Shown here: positions 34,926 to 43,835 of the stretch, piece by piece
Layout of the letters: the number at the start of each line of letters is the position of its first letter
Numbering within the stretch: the stretch's first letter is position 1
NCBI GenBank assembly: GCA_903878275.1
Contig: CAIRHC010000002.1
Location: forward strand, 29,218-93,217
DNA: 64,000 bases
Source of the DNA: Candidatus Vogelbacteria bacterium
GTDB taxonomy: Bacteria > Patescibacteriota > Minisyncoccia > Phycocordibacterales > XYD1-FULL-46-19
Reading direction: 5' to 3'
Made by a program: the position numbers and the translations under genes
The notes under the pieces: model-generated
Seen by the model: only the letters and a program-made list of their open reading frames with translations
What the model was told of the DNA's origin: nothing
Database searches by the model: none

Positions 34926-35357
34926 CTAACCAAAATCAGCTCTCATCAATCCTTCCTTTTTCTGTTGATAATCAGTGTCGCTAGAGAGAGATTCAGTTGA
35001 GATAAGTAACTGGTTTGAGTAAATATCAGTCACTGAATCAAAATCTATATCATGGGCGGGTAGATACTCGCTACCATTAAAATTATAATGAGTTGAATCT
35101 TGGTAATTGATTGAGATAAGACAGGTGTTTAATTGGCGATTAAAATGATAGGTTGGTTCACCAAGAATTCGTCCGGCAATAGCTTCTTTTGATTTGTATT
35201 GATCAAAAAATTTCTGTCCATCAATGTTACATTTTCTAATTAGCCCTAAAGATTGTTGGCCAGTAAAATAATAGGCCATAAAAATTAGCCCTGCCACCAA
35301 AAGGATAGCCACGGCGACTTTAACCCAGTTTTTTAATAAAAGATTCTTTAATATCAT
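34926..35357 (-). CDS. membrane-anchored hypothetical protein (143 aa)
   Basis: N-terminal TM helix (VAVAILLVAGLIFMAYYF). Confidence 0.4.
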   Translation of the reverse strand: MILKNLLLKNWVKVAVAILLVAGLIFMAYYFTGQQSLGLIRKCNIDGQKFFDQYKSKEAIAGRILGEPTYHFNRQLNTCLISINYQDSTHYNFNGSEYLPAHDIDFDSVTDIYSNQLLISTESLSSDTDYQQKKEGLMRADFG

Positions 35358-35408
35358 TACTAAAGTATCAATGATACTAGCTAAAAAGTAAAATTGGTAA
35401 ACAACTGA

Positions 35409-36839
35409 CTATAACCCAAAAAATGATCTAAACCTCGACCAGAAACTAGTCTTCTTGTCACCAGACGCAAATGTAGTACTGCTATTTTTTACCTCAGGCT
35501 GAATTAATGCTTGTTGTTTGGAATTACTAATGGCTTTAAGTTGATCTCTAAAATCACCAGCAAAAAGACTTCTGCTCATCCAGCCTGTTATTATCTCTTT
35601 ATTATCATTTCTTGCTTTAACTTGATACCAATCTCCGCTACCATCAATACTAATAATGGAAACTTCAGCTGTTTCGGCATAGTACCTAATCACCTCACAA
35701 GACATCCCCGGACATTCCCTAAAAGCTCCTGGGATTTTTAAAATCGCTACGATTCCATCAATACCCGTTGCCGTGGAAGAAGCACCACTTTCAGATTTAT
35801 TATTAATATCAGGAGCCTTAATCTTTTTCTCTAACTTAGGAACCACTGGTGTTATTTTAGGTGTTAGGACACAAACGGTGCTATTAGAATTAAATTGATA
35901 ACCAACTTTACAGTCGCAAATTAACCCCCCTTCATTATTTTTGTCTCCACCCCATATACTATTTTTACCATATTCATCCTGACAAATCTGGTCATTCGTT
36001 TTTGTCGGAGCAACTGCTTCAGCCTTTTGTCTGGCCAAGAGTAGGGCTTTTTGATAAGCGATTTCTGCTTCGATATTACTTGCCCTTATTTGTCCCCGCA
36101 AAGCCTCTGACCCAGAGCTGATATTTTGGGGAACAACTGGCGGAACAATACAGCCAGATCCAGAGTCTCTAACATAACCATCTTTGCACCCACAAGTTGT
36201 ACCACCCACCCATTTAAAGTTTTGCCCAAATTTTTCACTGCAAATCTGATCCTGTGACTTTGAGGGAGTTATTGCCGGAGGTGGAGTTTCCCTCATAATT
36301 GAGCATTGTAAAAGAGCCGTAACACACCTTTCTTTACTTCCTAAAAGGCTCACAAAAACATCAAAGTCCAGAGAAGTTGGGTCAGACGGAATCCTCGCAC
36401 CCTGAAGACAATCAGAATTACTTAACCGACATTGAGTATAACTAGAATTTGAACTACCCGCAGCGTCATATTGTTTTTCAATACCGTCTAATTTATAGAA
36501 ATAATCTAATTTAATTTTAAAAATCTCTTGAGCATGAGTAGCATCAGCGGCTAGTTGATCTCTTGCTCGTTGATCCTGAATTCTTTGATCCCTTGTACAA
36601 TTATAGATTGCTTCATTTTCAAGGCCAGAACCAGAAAGCCCCCGGGCTTCGTATTCCGCCCTTATCGATGACAAGCAATCACTGGCGCGAATTTTATCTG
36701 GCGAAATAAATAAGCAAAAGAAAAAAATAAAGAGACTCAAATAAATTCTTTTCTTCATAATGTTGTTTATTAACTGATAATTTTTAATATTAGAACGCAA
36801 AAAGCTCTTAGCCAGATTGATGGTTTTGAAGCCATCCAT
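35409..36839 (-). CDS. secreted Cys-rich repeat protein with a C-terminal SH3b-like domain
   Basis: Signal peptide; two internal repeats (QICSEKFGQNFKWVGGTTCGCKDGYV / QICQDEYGKNSIWGG...LICDCKVGYQF); C-terminal GSGDWYQVKAR...ITGWMSRSL. Confidence 0.5.
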   Translation of the reverse strand: MDGFKTINLAKSFLRSNIKNYQLINNIMKKRIYLSLFIFFFCLFISPDKIRASDCLSSIRAEYEARGLSGSGLENEAIYNCTRDQRIQDQRARDQLAADATHAQEIFKIKLDYFYKLDGIEKQYDAAGSSNSSYTQCRLSNSDCLQGARIPSDPTSLDFDVFVSLLGSKERCVTALLQCSIMRETPPPAITPSKSQDQICSEKFGQNFKWVGGTTCGCKDGYVRDSGSGCIVPPVVPQNISSGSEALRGQIRASNIEAEIAYQKALLLARQKAEAVAPTKTNDQICQDEYGKNSIWGGDKNNEGGLICDCKVGYQFNSNSTVCVLTPKITPVVPKLEKKIKAPDINNKSESGASSTATGIDGIVAILKIPGAFRECPGMSCEVIRYYAETAEVSIISIDGSGDWYQVKARNDNKEIITGWMSRSLFAGDFRDQLKAISNSKQQALIQPEVKNSSTTFASGDKKTSFWSRFRSFFGL

Positions 36840-36999
36840 ATCCCTTTCGAGATACGACCCGTGAAGGCAAAACTCTGACTAAGAGTTCTTTATGCTTCAC
36901 GGGATTTTCACCATGCCCAGCACCGCTGGGTTTAGGTTACTTTTAACTATTTAATTGTCCTTTTATGGTACCATGCCAAATTGAAATCGTCCAACAAAA

Positions 37000-37788
37000 A
37001 TGTTAGTCTGGGGTATGAATATGGAGGAACTAGACTTTTTTACTACTGACAAAACCCGATTCGACTATTTCACTAAAAAAAAGTTGACCGAGGAAACGGT
37101 AGCTTGGATGGTGAACCAGTTATTTCAAGGGTCCTACGAAGAATCATTTTTTGAATTTATCAATGAATATAGAGAGTATGTGGAACTTCCCAAAGCTAAC
37201 TTCAAAGATAAATCAATCGCTCTTAGCTGGAATAAATTAAATGAAGCCCTCTTTAGCTTGGCTGATTTTTTAACTAAAGAGAAAGCTGAGTTCATTTTAG
37301 ATCCGAGGGAGACCAAATCCGAACAGGAATCTTACTATATCCTTAACCCATCAAAGAAAAATCTGACGAAGAATCGAGAAAAACTACAAAAGATCGGTGA
37401 GGCGATTAAAACCAATTACCACAGCTTTTTAAGTAACGCCGGGAAAAAGTGGGTACCTCAACCGAAGATTGATATTAATATTGACGAAAGAACCGGAGTT
37501 TACCGAATAGATACTGACGGTAAAAAATTAACATATCGCTGTTTAAGTCCCCAAAGCGAAATTTTTAAAACAGTCTTATATCTAGCGAGAAGTAGTACTC
37601 CGATCAAAACGAGAGAGTTGGCCGAGAGATCAAGGCAGTACACCAGAACAGTTAGAGATGCAATAAAAAGGTTCAATAATAATTTTAGAAAGTATCTAAA
37701 GGTTAATCATGACCTTGTCAGGACGATAAAAGACGACTCCGTGAGCTATCAGTATTTTATTGAAAGAGACAAATATAACATAATCTAA
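37000..37788 (+). CDS. hypothetical protein (262 aa)
   Basis: ORF; a terminator-like hairpin (aggcac-gaggat-gtgcct, T-run) follows at about 37808-37836. Confidence 0.4.
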   Translation: MLVWGMNMEELDFFTTDKTRFDYFTKKKLTEETVAWMVNQLFQGSYEESFFEFINEYREYVELPKANFKDKSIALSWNKLNEALFSLADFLTKEKAEFILDPRETKSEQESYYILNPSKKNLTKNREKLQKIGEAIKTNYHSFLSNAGKKWVPQPKIDINIDERTGVYRIDTDGKKLTYRCLSPQSEIFKTVLYLARSSTPIKTRELAERSRQYTRTVRDAIKRFNNNFRKYLKVNHDLVRTIKDDSVSYQYFIERDKYNII

Positions 37789-38100
37789 CAACTTCTATTT
37801 TGGGCATGAGGTAGGCACGAGGATGTGCCTTTTTTGATGTCTTAAAATGGCTTAAATAAACGGATTTTTAATGATTAGAAAAAAGATCGTGCCTGCGTAA
37901 CACTCTTTTTTTTAAGCTTCTTTTGAACCAGACTTAGGTCATAACATTGTCATTAATTTAAGTTCGCCATGGAGGCCATCGAAGTCCCTTATCGGGTCGA
38001 TGAGTTCTACCTCCATGGAACTCATCGTGCCGATAGCGGATTTTTATTTTGGCCAAGGTCGAAGAAATTATTAAAAGAATTAATCAATAAAATATAAATT

Positions 38101-38400
38101 ATGAAAACAAAAAAGAAGGGTACAAAACTGATGGCTAAAAAAGAAATCACGAAAGAAAACTTGGGTTTAGGTCGTTTCAGGGGCGTAACCCTATGTCTGG
38201 GAAAGATTCAAGACGGCCTCCATTTTCATTTACTTATCGACAAGACGGGTGAGAAGCATGAAAGTTTAGTCGTAATAACTCTAAACGATCAACCAATTGC
38301 TATTTATGACTTAGAGTGTGCCGAGAAGAATTTCTGGCCAATCATAAAAAAGATGACCCTCAGCAAAGATAAATTAGTAGCCACGAAGCAAATAAACTAA
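38101..38400 (+). CDS. hypothetical protein (99 aa)
   Basis: ORF. Confidence 0.35.
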   Translation: MKTKKKGTKLMAKKEITKENLGLGRFRGVTLCLGKIQDGLHFHLLIDKTGEKHESLVVITLNDQPIAIYDLECAEKNFWPIIKKMTLSKDKLVATKQIN

Positions 38401-38538
38401 TCGTATGGGAAATAATAATTACATAATATCGTTAGCTAATGAAGAGCTCCTTGATGCTCAGCGCTCTTTTGACGAAGGCAATGGTGAAGAAACTCCTGAG
38501 GAAGTATCACCAAACCAAGGTAAATTATTCGAGTAAAG

Positions 38539-38960
38539 ATGTTTGACAATGTTGGGAAAACCCTGATTTCGGGACCACCAGGTAAAACGGTTCCGACAAC
38601 CCCCACTTTGGCGTTGAGAGCGCGGAGTAGGTAAACGAAACATTATCATAAGGATGATGAAGGGAGTTTCAGGAGTCGATATCGACAGCTGGGAAAATGC
38701 CATCCGACCTGCACCCAGCCGTTTAATCGGTTCCGGAGCCTCCTAAGGTTGCGGTTGAGGCTATGTCGAGAAGTTATGAAACTCAATGGATGAAACTTCT
38801 CTAAAGGGGCCTGCAACACGCAACCACTCCCAACTATATAGTTATTATCAGTCCTTTTAATCATCTAGGGATGTTATCACGGCCATCTGGCGTTGTTACA
38901 CTTAAGAAGCTAAGCAGTAGCCCTAAGAATGTAACTTGTAATCTTTAGCCACATAGCCCC
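38539..38960 (+). pseudogene. decayed remnants of a RarA/MgsA-like AAA+ ATPase gene (frameshifts and internal deletions)
   Basis: Frame a reads MFDNVGKTLISGPPGKTVPTTPTLALRA (FDxVVGQ...GPPGTGKTT..A collapsed). Frame b reads HATTPNYIVIISPFNHLGMLSRPSGVVTLKKLSS, compared from memory with the RarA sensor region [28 protein letters not shown]. The minus-strand ORFs here have junk composition. Confidence 0.4.
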
Positions 38961-39024
38961 AGAATGCTCCCCCCTCCCAGGGATTAAAAGGTTAGGTCGG
39001 GCAAATTAATTAAAATTGTAACTT

Positions 39025-39258
39025 ATGTCACAAGACAACAAAGTAGAAGTAAAAATCAAAAAAGCGTTGAGGATTACCAAACCAGTGAGAATAAACAGGG
39101 AACTTCACAAATTACTAAAGGAAAAAGCCGCCAAGGTTGAGGTAACAATGTCTTTTCTATTAGATGAGATAATTCAAGAGTACTACCAAATCGGCTATCG
39201 ACTTGAAGATTATCAAGATAACCAAATTAATCATGAAGAGCTTAGAACGACGATTTAA
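39025..39258 (+). CDS. small ribbon-helix-helix-like protein, a candidate antitoxin or regulator
   Basis: VRINRELHKLLKEKAAKVEVTMSFLLDEII resembles the RHH beta-strand plus helix pattern. Confidence 0.35.
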   Translation: MSQDNKVEVKIKKALRITKPVRINRELHKLLKEKAAKVEVTMSFLLDEIIQEYYQIGYRLEDYQDNQINHEELRTTI

Positions 39259-39529
39259 AATTAGAGCCGAAAACGATCCACACCATTACAGCATTGTCCA
39301 TTTCAATGGAGCGGTTCTTGGTCAGAACTTTTCTCGTAAAATTATCCTTTACTGGTTCAACAAATTAGTTGATCCCGATGATTACGACAAAAAAGATAAG
39401 AAAGCCTTGATTGAAGATCTCTTGGTCAAGACAAAACCGGTTGAGGCGGGTATAAAATCGGGGGTAACTCACGCGTGGAGGGCCTTTATTATCAAAAGTA
39501 ATACTAATCACCATGCCAGAACTATTTAA
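39233..39529 (+). CDS. hypothetical protein overlapping the RHH gene, a candidate toxin partner
   Basis: ATG at 39233 (MKSLERRFKIRAEND...), overlapping the upstream gene by 26 nt in another frame. Confidence 0.3.
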   Translation: MKSLERRFKIRAENDPHHYSIVHFNGAVLGQNFSRKIILYWFNKLVDPDDYDKKDKKALIEDLLVKTKPVEAGIKSGVTHAWRAFIIKSNTNHHARTI

Positions 39530-39690
39530 CAAAATTAAAGGGGATAAGATTACCCAAAACCTGAAGATATCTCGCCAACTAAATAATGAATCATTAGAAG
39601 CAATGACCAAGCTGGGAGAGGTCCTAAAAAGGATTCATGGACGACTCATAGCAAATGGTTATATAATGAGCGATAATTAACTAGATAAAA

Positions 39691-41430
39691 ATGGCAACTC
39701 TAAATACAAAAGATCAAGAAATATTAAAAGATATCACCGCTGGTAAATACCGCGATTATTATTTTGTGTACGACCGTCGATCAACGGACGAGCCTGATAA
39801 CCAGAAAAATTCTCTTAGTTATCAAAAAATTGAGAATTTAAAGTTTGCTCATGACAAAAAACTACTAATTGCACCTATCACTATCGTTGGCTTCTGCACA
39901 GACGGAATAATTTCGGAGAAACACTCAGGTTTTAAAGAAGATGGGAATTTTACTATTACTCCTGACGGCAAAGTTCAATACAGTATTTCTCGCATCAAAT
40001 TCCATCGAATGGTTTACTTCCTAAACAAAAAACTGCTTAAGGGAGTTATCTTTCTCTGCTACGATCGAGCCAGTCGTAACAGTGGCGACGACGCCATTAT
40101 TAATAAGTTAATCGCCAATGGTGTAGATTTACGCTTTGCTCAAACAAATTACGAAAAGAATAGCTCAGGTTTTCTTCATCGTTCGGTTGATAGCATGTTT
40201 TCTGGCCATTATTCACGAGTTGTTGGTGAAAAAGTTAAACTAGCTCAAGAAAAATTAAGAAACGAAGGCGTTTGTGTCTATAAAGCGCCAGTCGGCTACT
40301 TAAACACTGGAAAAGCTGAATATAAACCGATTGATTCTGTCCGTGGTCCAATTATTACAGAACTTTTCGAGCTATATTCCACTGGCGAGTGGAGCCTTGC
40401 CGACTTAGCTCGTTGGGCTAATAAAGCAGGATTAACAACATCACCAAGTCGCCATCGCCGGACACCAGAAGAAATGGCCGAGGACGATGACGAAGAAACT
40501 GGTGATAAAAGGGATAGCGAGATACCCGTCTCGCGTCCGATTATTCCTCAAAGTATTCACGGGATACTATCAAATCGTTTTTATCTTGGCTTAATACGAG
40601 GTAGAGATGGACAATACCTAAAAAGCACTAGCCACAAGGCACTAGTTACCGAAGAATTGTTTAATAAAGTTCAAATGGTCTTGAGAGGCAAAAATATCAG
40701 CGCTCATTATCTTAATAAATTACCACTGGCAAATCGTGGCTTTGTTCGTTGTGGCGGTTGTCGTCGAGTTTATACTCCTTACGAACAAAAAGGGATAACT
40801 TTCTTTCGATCTAACTGCCAGCGAGGTTGTGAGAATAAAAAGAAAAACTTTAACCTATCCTTTCTCGAAGAAAAAGTTAGTGGATTAATGGCGAAGTTGT
40901 CTTTTACTGATGATGAATTGTCTGAAATCGATGCCGAATTTAATGACAAGATCATCAGCGCTGACGAGAAAAAGAAAGAAAAGTTAAGACAGAATGACAG
41001 GATTAAAAGAAAACTCCAAGAAGATCTTGAGTATATCCGCTCAAACAAAATTTCTTTATTAAGATCAAAAGTTTTCTCTCCAGAATCTTTGGCCACCGAA
41101 GAAGGCCGTCTTCATACTGAATTTTTGTCCTGTTTGGTTATCGAGAAGTATGCCGAGCTCTCCATGCATAAAATGTTCCAAGATGCCTTGAAACTTTCCG
41201 AACTGCTAAAAAACGGCTCAAAGTATTACGATTTAGCTCTTTCTAACGAAAAAGAAGAAATTGCCAAAATAATCTTTTACGAACTGAATATCACCGATAA
41301 TACGTTGGATTATAAGTGTCGAGAAGGTTTTAAATTTCTCGAAGACAGATTCCGAAATGTTGGCGGGCCCACGGGGATTCGAACCTCGGTTATCCGTTTT
41401 GGAGACGGACGTTCTACCACTGAACTATAG
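39691..41430 (+). CDS. large serine recombinase (resolvase, recombinase and zinc-ribbon domains); its 3' end is encoded antisense to tRNA-Trp
   Basis: YFVYDRRSTDEPDNQ (catalytic Ser), a recombinase domain, and CGGCRRVYTPYEQKG...CQRGC. The last 23 codons overlap the tRNA. Confidence 0.8.
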   Translation: MATLNTKDQEILKDITAGKYRDYYFVYDRRSTDEPDNQKNSLSYQKIENLKFAHDKKLLIAPITIVGFCTDGIISEKHSGFKEDGNFTITPDGKVQYSISRIKFHRMVYFLNKKLLKGVIFLCYDRASRNSGDDAIINKLIANGVDLRFAQTNYEKNSSGFLHRSVDSMFSGHYSRVVGEKVKLAQEKLRNEGVCVYKAPVGYLNTGKAEYKPIDSVRGPIITELFELYSTGEWSLADLARWANKAGLTTSPSRHRRTPEEMAEDDDEETGDKRDSEIPVSRPIIPQSIHGILSNRFYLGLIRGRDGQYLKSTSHKALVTEELFNKVQMVLRGKNISAHYLNKLPLANRGFVRCGGCRRVYTPYEQKGITFFRSNCQRGCENKKKNFNLSFLEEKVSGLMAKLSFTDDELSEIDAEFNDKIISADEKKKEKLRQNDRIKRKLQEDLEYIRSNKISLLRSKVFSPESLATEEGRLHTEFLSCLVIEKYAELSMHKMFQDALKLSELLKNGSKYYDLALSNEKEEIAKIIFYELNITDNTLDYKCREGFKFLEDRFRNVGGPTGIRTSVIRFGDGRSTTEL

Positions 41431-41434
41431 GCCC
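41361..41434 (-). tRNA. tRNA-Trp (anticodon CCA)
   Basis: rc reads GGGCCTATAGTTCAGTGGTAGAACGTCCGTCTCCAAAACGGATAACCGAGGTTCGAATCCCCGTGGGCCCGCCA. The anticodon loop is CTCCAAA and CCA is encoded. Confidence 0.75.
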
Positions 41435-41436
41435 AA

Positions 41437-41475
41437 GTGCTTGAGGCTTCCCAAGCACTTTTATCTTAGCACAAA
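41437..41475 (+). terminator. terminator-like hairpin just past the recombinase/tRNA junction
   Basis: aagtgcttg-aggcttccc-caagcactt followed by ttttatctt. Confidence 0.35.
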
Positions 41476-41508
41476 AAACTACTGTTTTTCAATTTTTACG
41501 ACCGTCGG

Positions 41509-43488
41509 CTATTTATTTGAAGTAAAATCGTATTTCAAGGCGTTTACCCTCTCCCATGTTTTTTCGTCAAAAACCACGACGCCATTGTCGCTAACGACAT
41601 ACAAATAATTATTGACATAAACCGCTCTCTTTACGGCATAGCTATCTTCCACGGTCTGTACCAATTTTAATTGGTTATTATCGTAAGAGAAAACATAACC
41701 ACCTTTTGAACCCGGCAAGAAAAATACTTTCATCAAAGCATCTTGCGTAAAAGCTTTGTGATTGTTCAACGCTTCTGACCAGTATTCATCGAGAGTGTAT
41801 TTATCAATTTCTTTCGGATTATTTTTACTGGAAACATCAAACAAAGATAATTTGACGTTGCTTCCCTCTTTGCCAATACCTAAAATAATATTTGCCGAAA
41901 GCGGATGCAAGTAGCCAGAATAGCCGGGAATTTTCAACTCGCCACGCACAACCGGCTTAGTCGGAACAGACAAGTCGAGAACATAAAATGGATCCGTCTG
42001 ACGGAAAGTGACCAGATAGCCAGCATCGCCAATAAATCGGACAGAATAAATTCTTTCGGTTTTACCTAAATCAATAATTGAACCCACGCGTTCAAGGTTG
42101 CTATTTAAGATATACACATCGCTGACACTTTCGCCATTGGCGTTAAAACCAAATAGCCATTGTCGCGGGTCAACGGTCGTCGCGACGCGCAGATTACCTT
42201 TATATTCATCGAGAGCAAATTGATTAAGTAAGGTGCCGGGAACCTTGCTCGTCGCCACCACCTGAAGCGAACCTAAACTAATTTTTACGATACTAGTGGA
42301 AGTAAGCAATCTTTTATTTTTTTCATTATATTTGTTTAAACGATTGGTCATTTCGTTATCGAATTTCAAACGAGCATCACCGGTCAAACCAAAGCGTACC
42401 TCATCAAGAATAAAACCGAGTTCGGTATTTTTGGCCGCCAAACTTAAATCATAATTCATTAATTTTTGCACTCGCGTCAAAACTGTTTGCCCGACTAAAT
42501 CAGAAGCCGAACTTTTCAAGAAGCCGTACATATAGCTAACAGTTTCCGGCTGATTGACATAAGTAAGATAGAGATTATCTTTTGACATATAAATAGCGGT
42601 CGTCTCTGGCGAACCAAGCAACGAAACTTTTCTCTCCACTTGACCGGTCGCCGGATTAAGCACCGCCACCGTATAGACCGTCTTGGTGTTGGCGATCTCA
42701 ACCGGACGATAGATATCGGTACATTTTATTGTAGCCACATTTTCCGCGTTCTTCATAAAAAGCGGAATTGGACAAGGAGAATCCTGACCAATGTAATTTC
42801 GACTAACTAAATACAATTTCCCATTTAGAAGTCGCGATGTTTCAATCTGACTATTTTCCGGTAAATCATAATACCACTTTGAAGTTGGATTTTTGGTGTC
42901 AGTCACATCATAACCGCTGACCCGAGTCGAAGAAATGATGGCTAAATTTTTTTCATAAAGCAGTAAATCGCCGGCATCATTTATCCGAGATTCCACGCCC
43001 ATATTTTCCGGTGGAAAAATTTTCACAACCGTAGTTTTGTTTTGTTCATTACCTTGCCAGAAAGACGAGACTTTGCTAGCAGCACCAGTCATTGGTGTTG
43101 CCAAATAGCGATAACTTGGGTTTGGTGCAAAATAAATATTTTTACCATCAACTTTTAAAACATCGGCTTCGTCCACTCCCGCCACCTGAACATTGGTTTC
43201 GGATACACGATCAACAGGTGCACTTTCAGACGCCCCTTTGGCGGTCGCCATCATCGGCACCGCGACCATATCTGTCACCATTCCGCCACCACCATAACCA
43301 GACAGCTGGTCAACTTTTTTTAAGTAAGAATAAAACTCTTTATCGGTTTTAAATTTTTGAATCGCACAAGTGCTGTTTGTTGATAAACCAGAACGACAAT
43401 CTTTGGCAAAAACAACCGAGGCCGATAAGAAAACGACAAGACACGAAACCAAAATAATTACATATTTTTTCATATTGCTTGCCCGCAT
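41509..43488 (-). CDS. secreted beta-propeller domain protein
   Basis: Signal peptide, then a long repeat-rich domain typical of the beta-propeller secreted proteins common in CPR and archaea (recalled similarity). Confidence 0.5.
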   Translation of the reverse strand: MRASNMKKYVIILVSCLVVFLSASVVFAKDCRSGLSTNSTCAIQKFKTDKEFYSYLKKVDQLSGYGGGGMVTDMVAVPMMATAKGASESAPVDRVSETNVQVAGVDEADVLKVDGKNIYFAPNPSYRYLATPMTGAASKVSSFWQGNEQNKTTVVKIFPPENMGVESRINDAGDLLLYEKNLAIISSTRVSGYDVTDTKNPTSKWYYDLPENSQIETSRLLNGKLYLVSRNYIGQDSPCPIPLFMKNAENVATIKCTDIYRPVEIANTKTVYTVAVLNPATGQVERKVSLLGSPETTAIYMSKDNLYLTYVNQPETVSYMYGFLKSSASDLVGQTVLTRVQKLMNYDLSLAAKNTELGFILDEVRFGLTGDARLKFDNEMTNRLNKYNEKNKRLLTSTSIVKISLGSLQVVATSKVPGTLLNQFALDEYKGNLRVATTVDPRQWLFGFNANGESVSDVYILNSNLERVGSIIDLGKTERIYSVRFIGDAGYLVTFRQTDPFYVLDLSVPTKPVVRGELKIPGYSGYLHPLSANIILGIGKEGSNVKLSLFDVSSKNNPKEIDKYTLDEYWSEALNNHKAFTQDALMKVFFLPGSKGGYVFSYDNNQLKLVQTVEDSYAVKRAVYVNNYLYVVSDNGVVVFDEKTWERVNALKYDFTSNK

Positions 43489-43540
43489 AAATTTTTGTAT
43501 TACAAAAATTTTGGCGGGTTAAAATTAAAAACTAATAATA

Positions 43541-43576
43541 ACTAAAAATGAGCCCTAATTGATTGGGCTCATTTTA
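43541..43576 (-). terminator. rho-independent terminator downstream of rpmG
   Basis: aatgagccc-taattgatt-gggctcatt with flanking A and T runs. Confidence 0.6.
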
Positions 43577-43604
43577 ACACGAATTTGCGAATTACAATAG
43601 TGGC

Positions 43605-43763
43605 TTATTTCTTGATTTCTACGTGCTGGGTGTGCTTTTTGCACCATTTGCAGTATTTTTTCACGTCAATTTTCCGCTCCACTTTTTTCTTGTTTTTGCG
43701 GGACCAGTAGTTGATTCTTTTACAGCTTTTACAAGCCAATTTTATGAGGAAATCTTGGGACAT
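43605..43763 (-). CDS. rpmG: 50S ribosomal protein L33
   Basis: MSQDFLIKLACKSCKRINYWSRKNKKKVERKIDVKKYCKWCKKHTQHVEIKK, a 52-aa L33-like Cys/Lys-rich sequence. Missing from the ORF track because it is under 60 aa. Confidence 0.8.
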   Translation of the reverse strand: MSQDFLIKLACKSCKRINYWSRKNKKKVERKIDVKKYCKWCKKHTQHVEIKK

Positions 43764-43835
43764 AATGTTTATTTTTGACCGTTTAAATATAACTTACTTT
43801 TTCGAAAAAAGCAAATCTAAAGAATCAGCCACGCG

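Noticed and set aside
38401-39020. RNase P RNA or tmRNA in the ORF-poor 600-bp region
   Set aside because: RNase P requires paired CCGG-containing P4 strands, but only one CCGG occurs on either strand. There is no tRNA-like 3' end or tag-reading frame for tmRNA. RarA-like protein fragments explain the region better.
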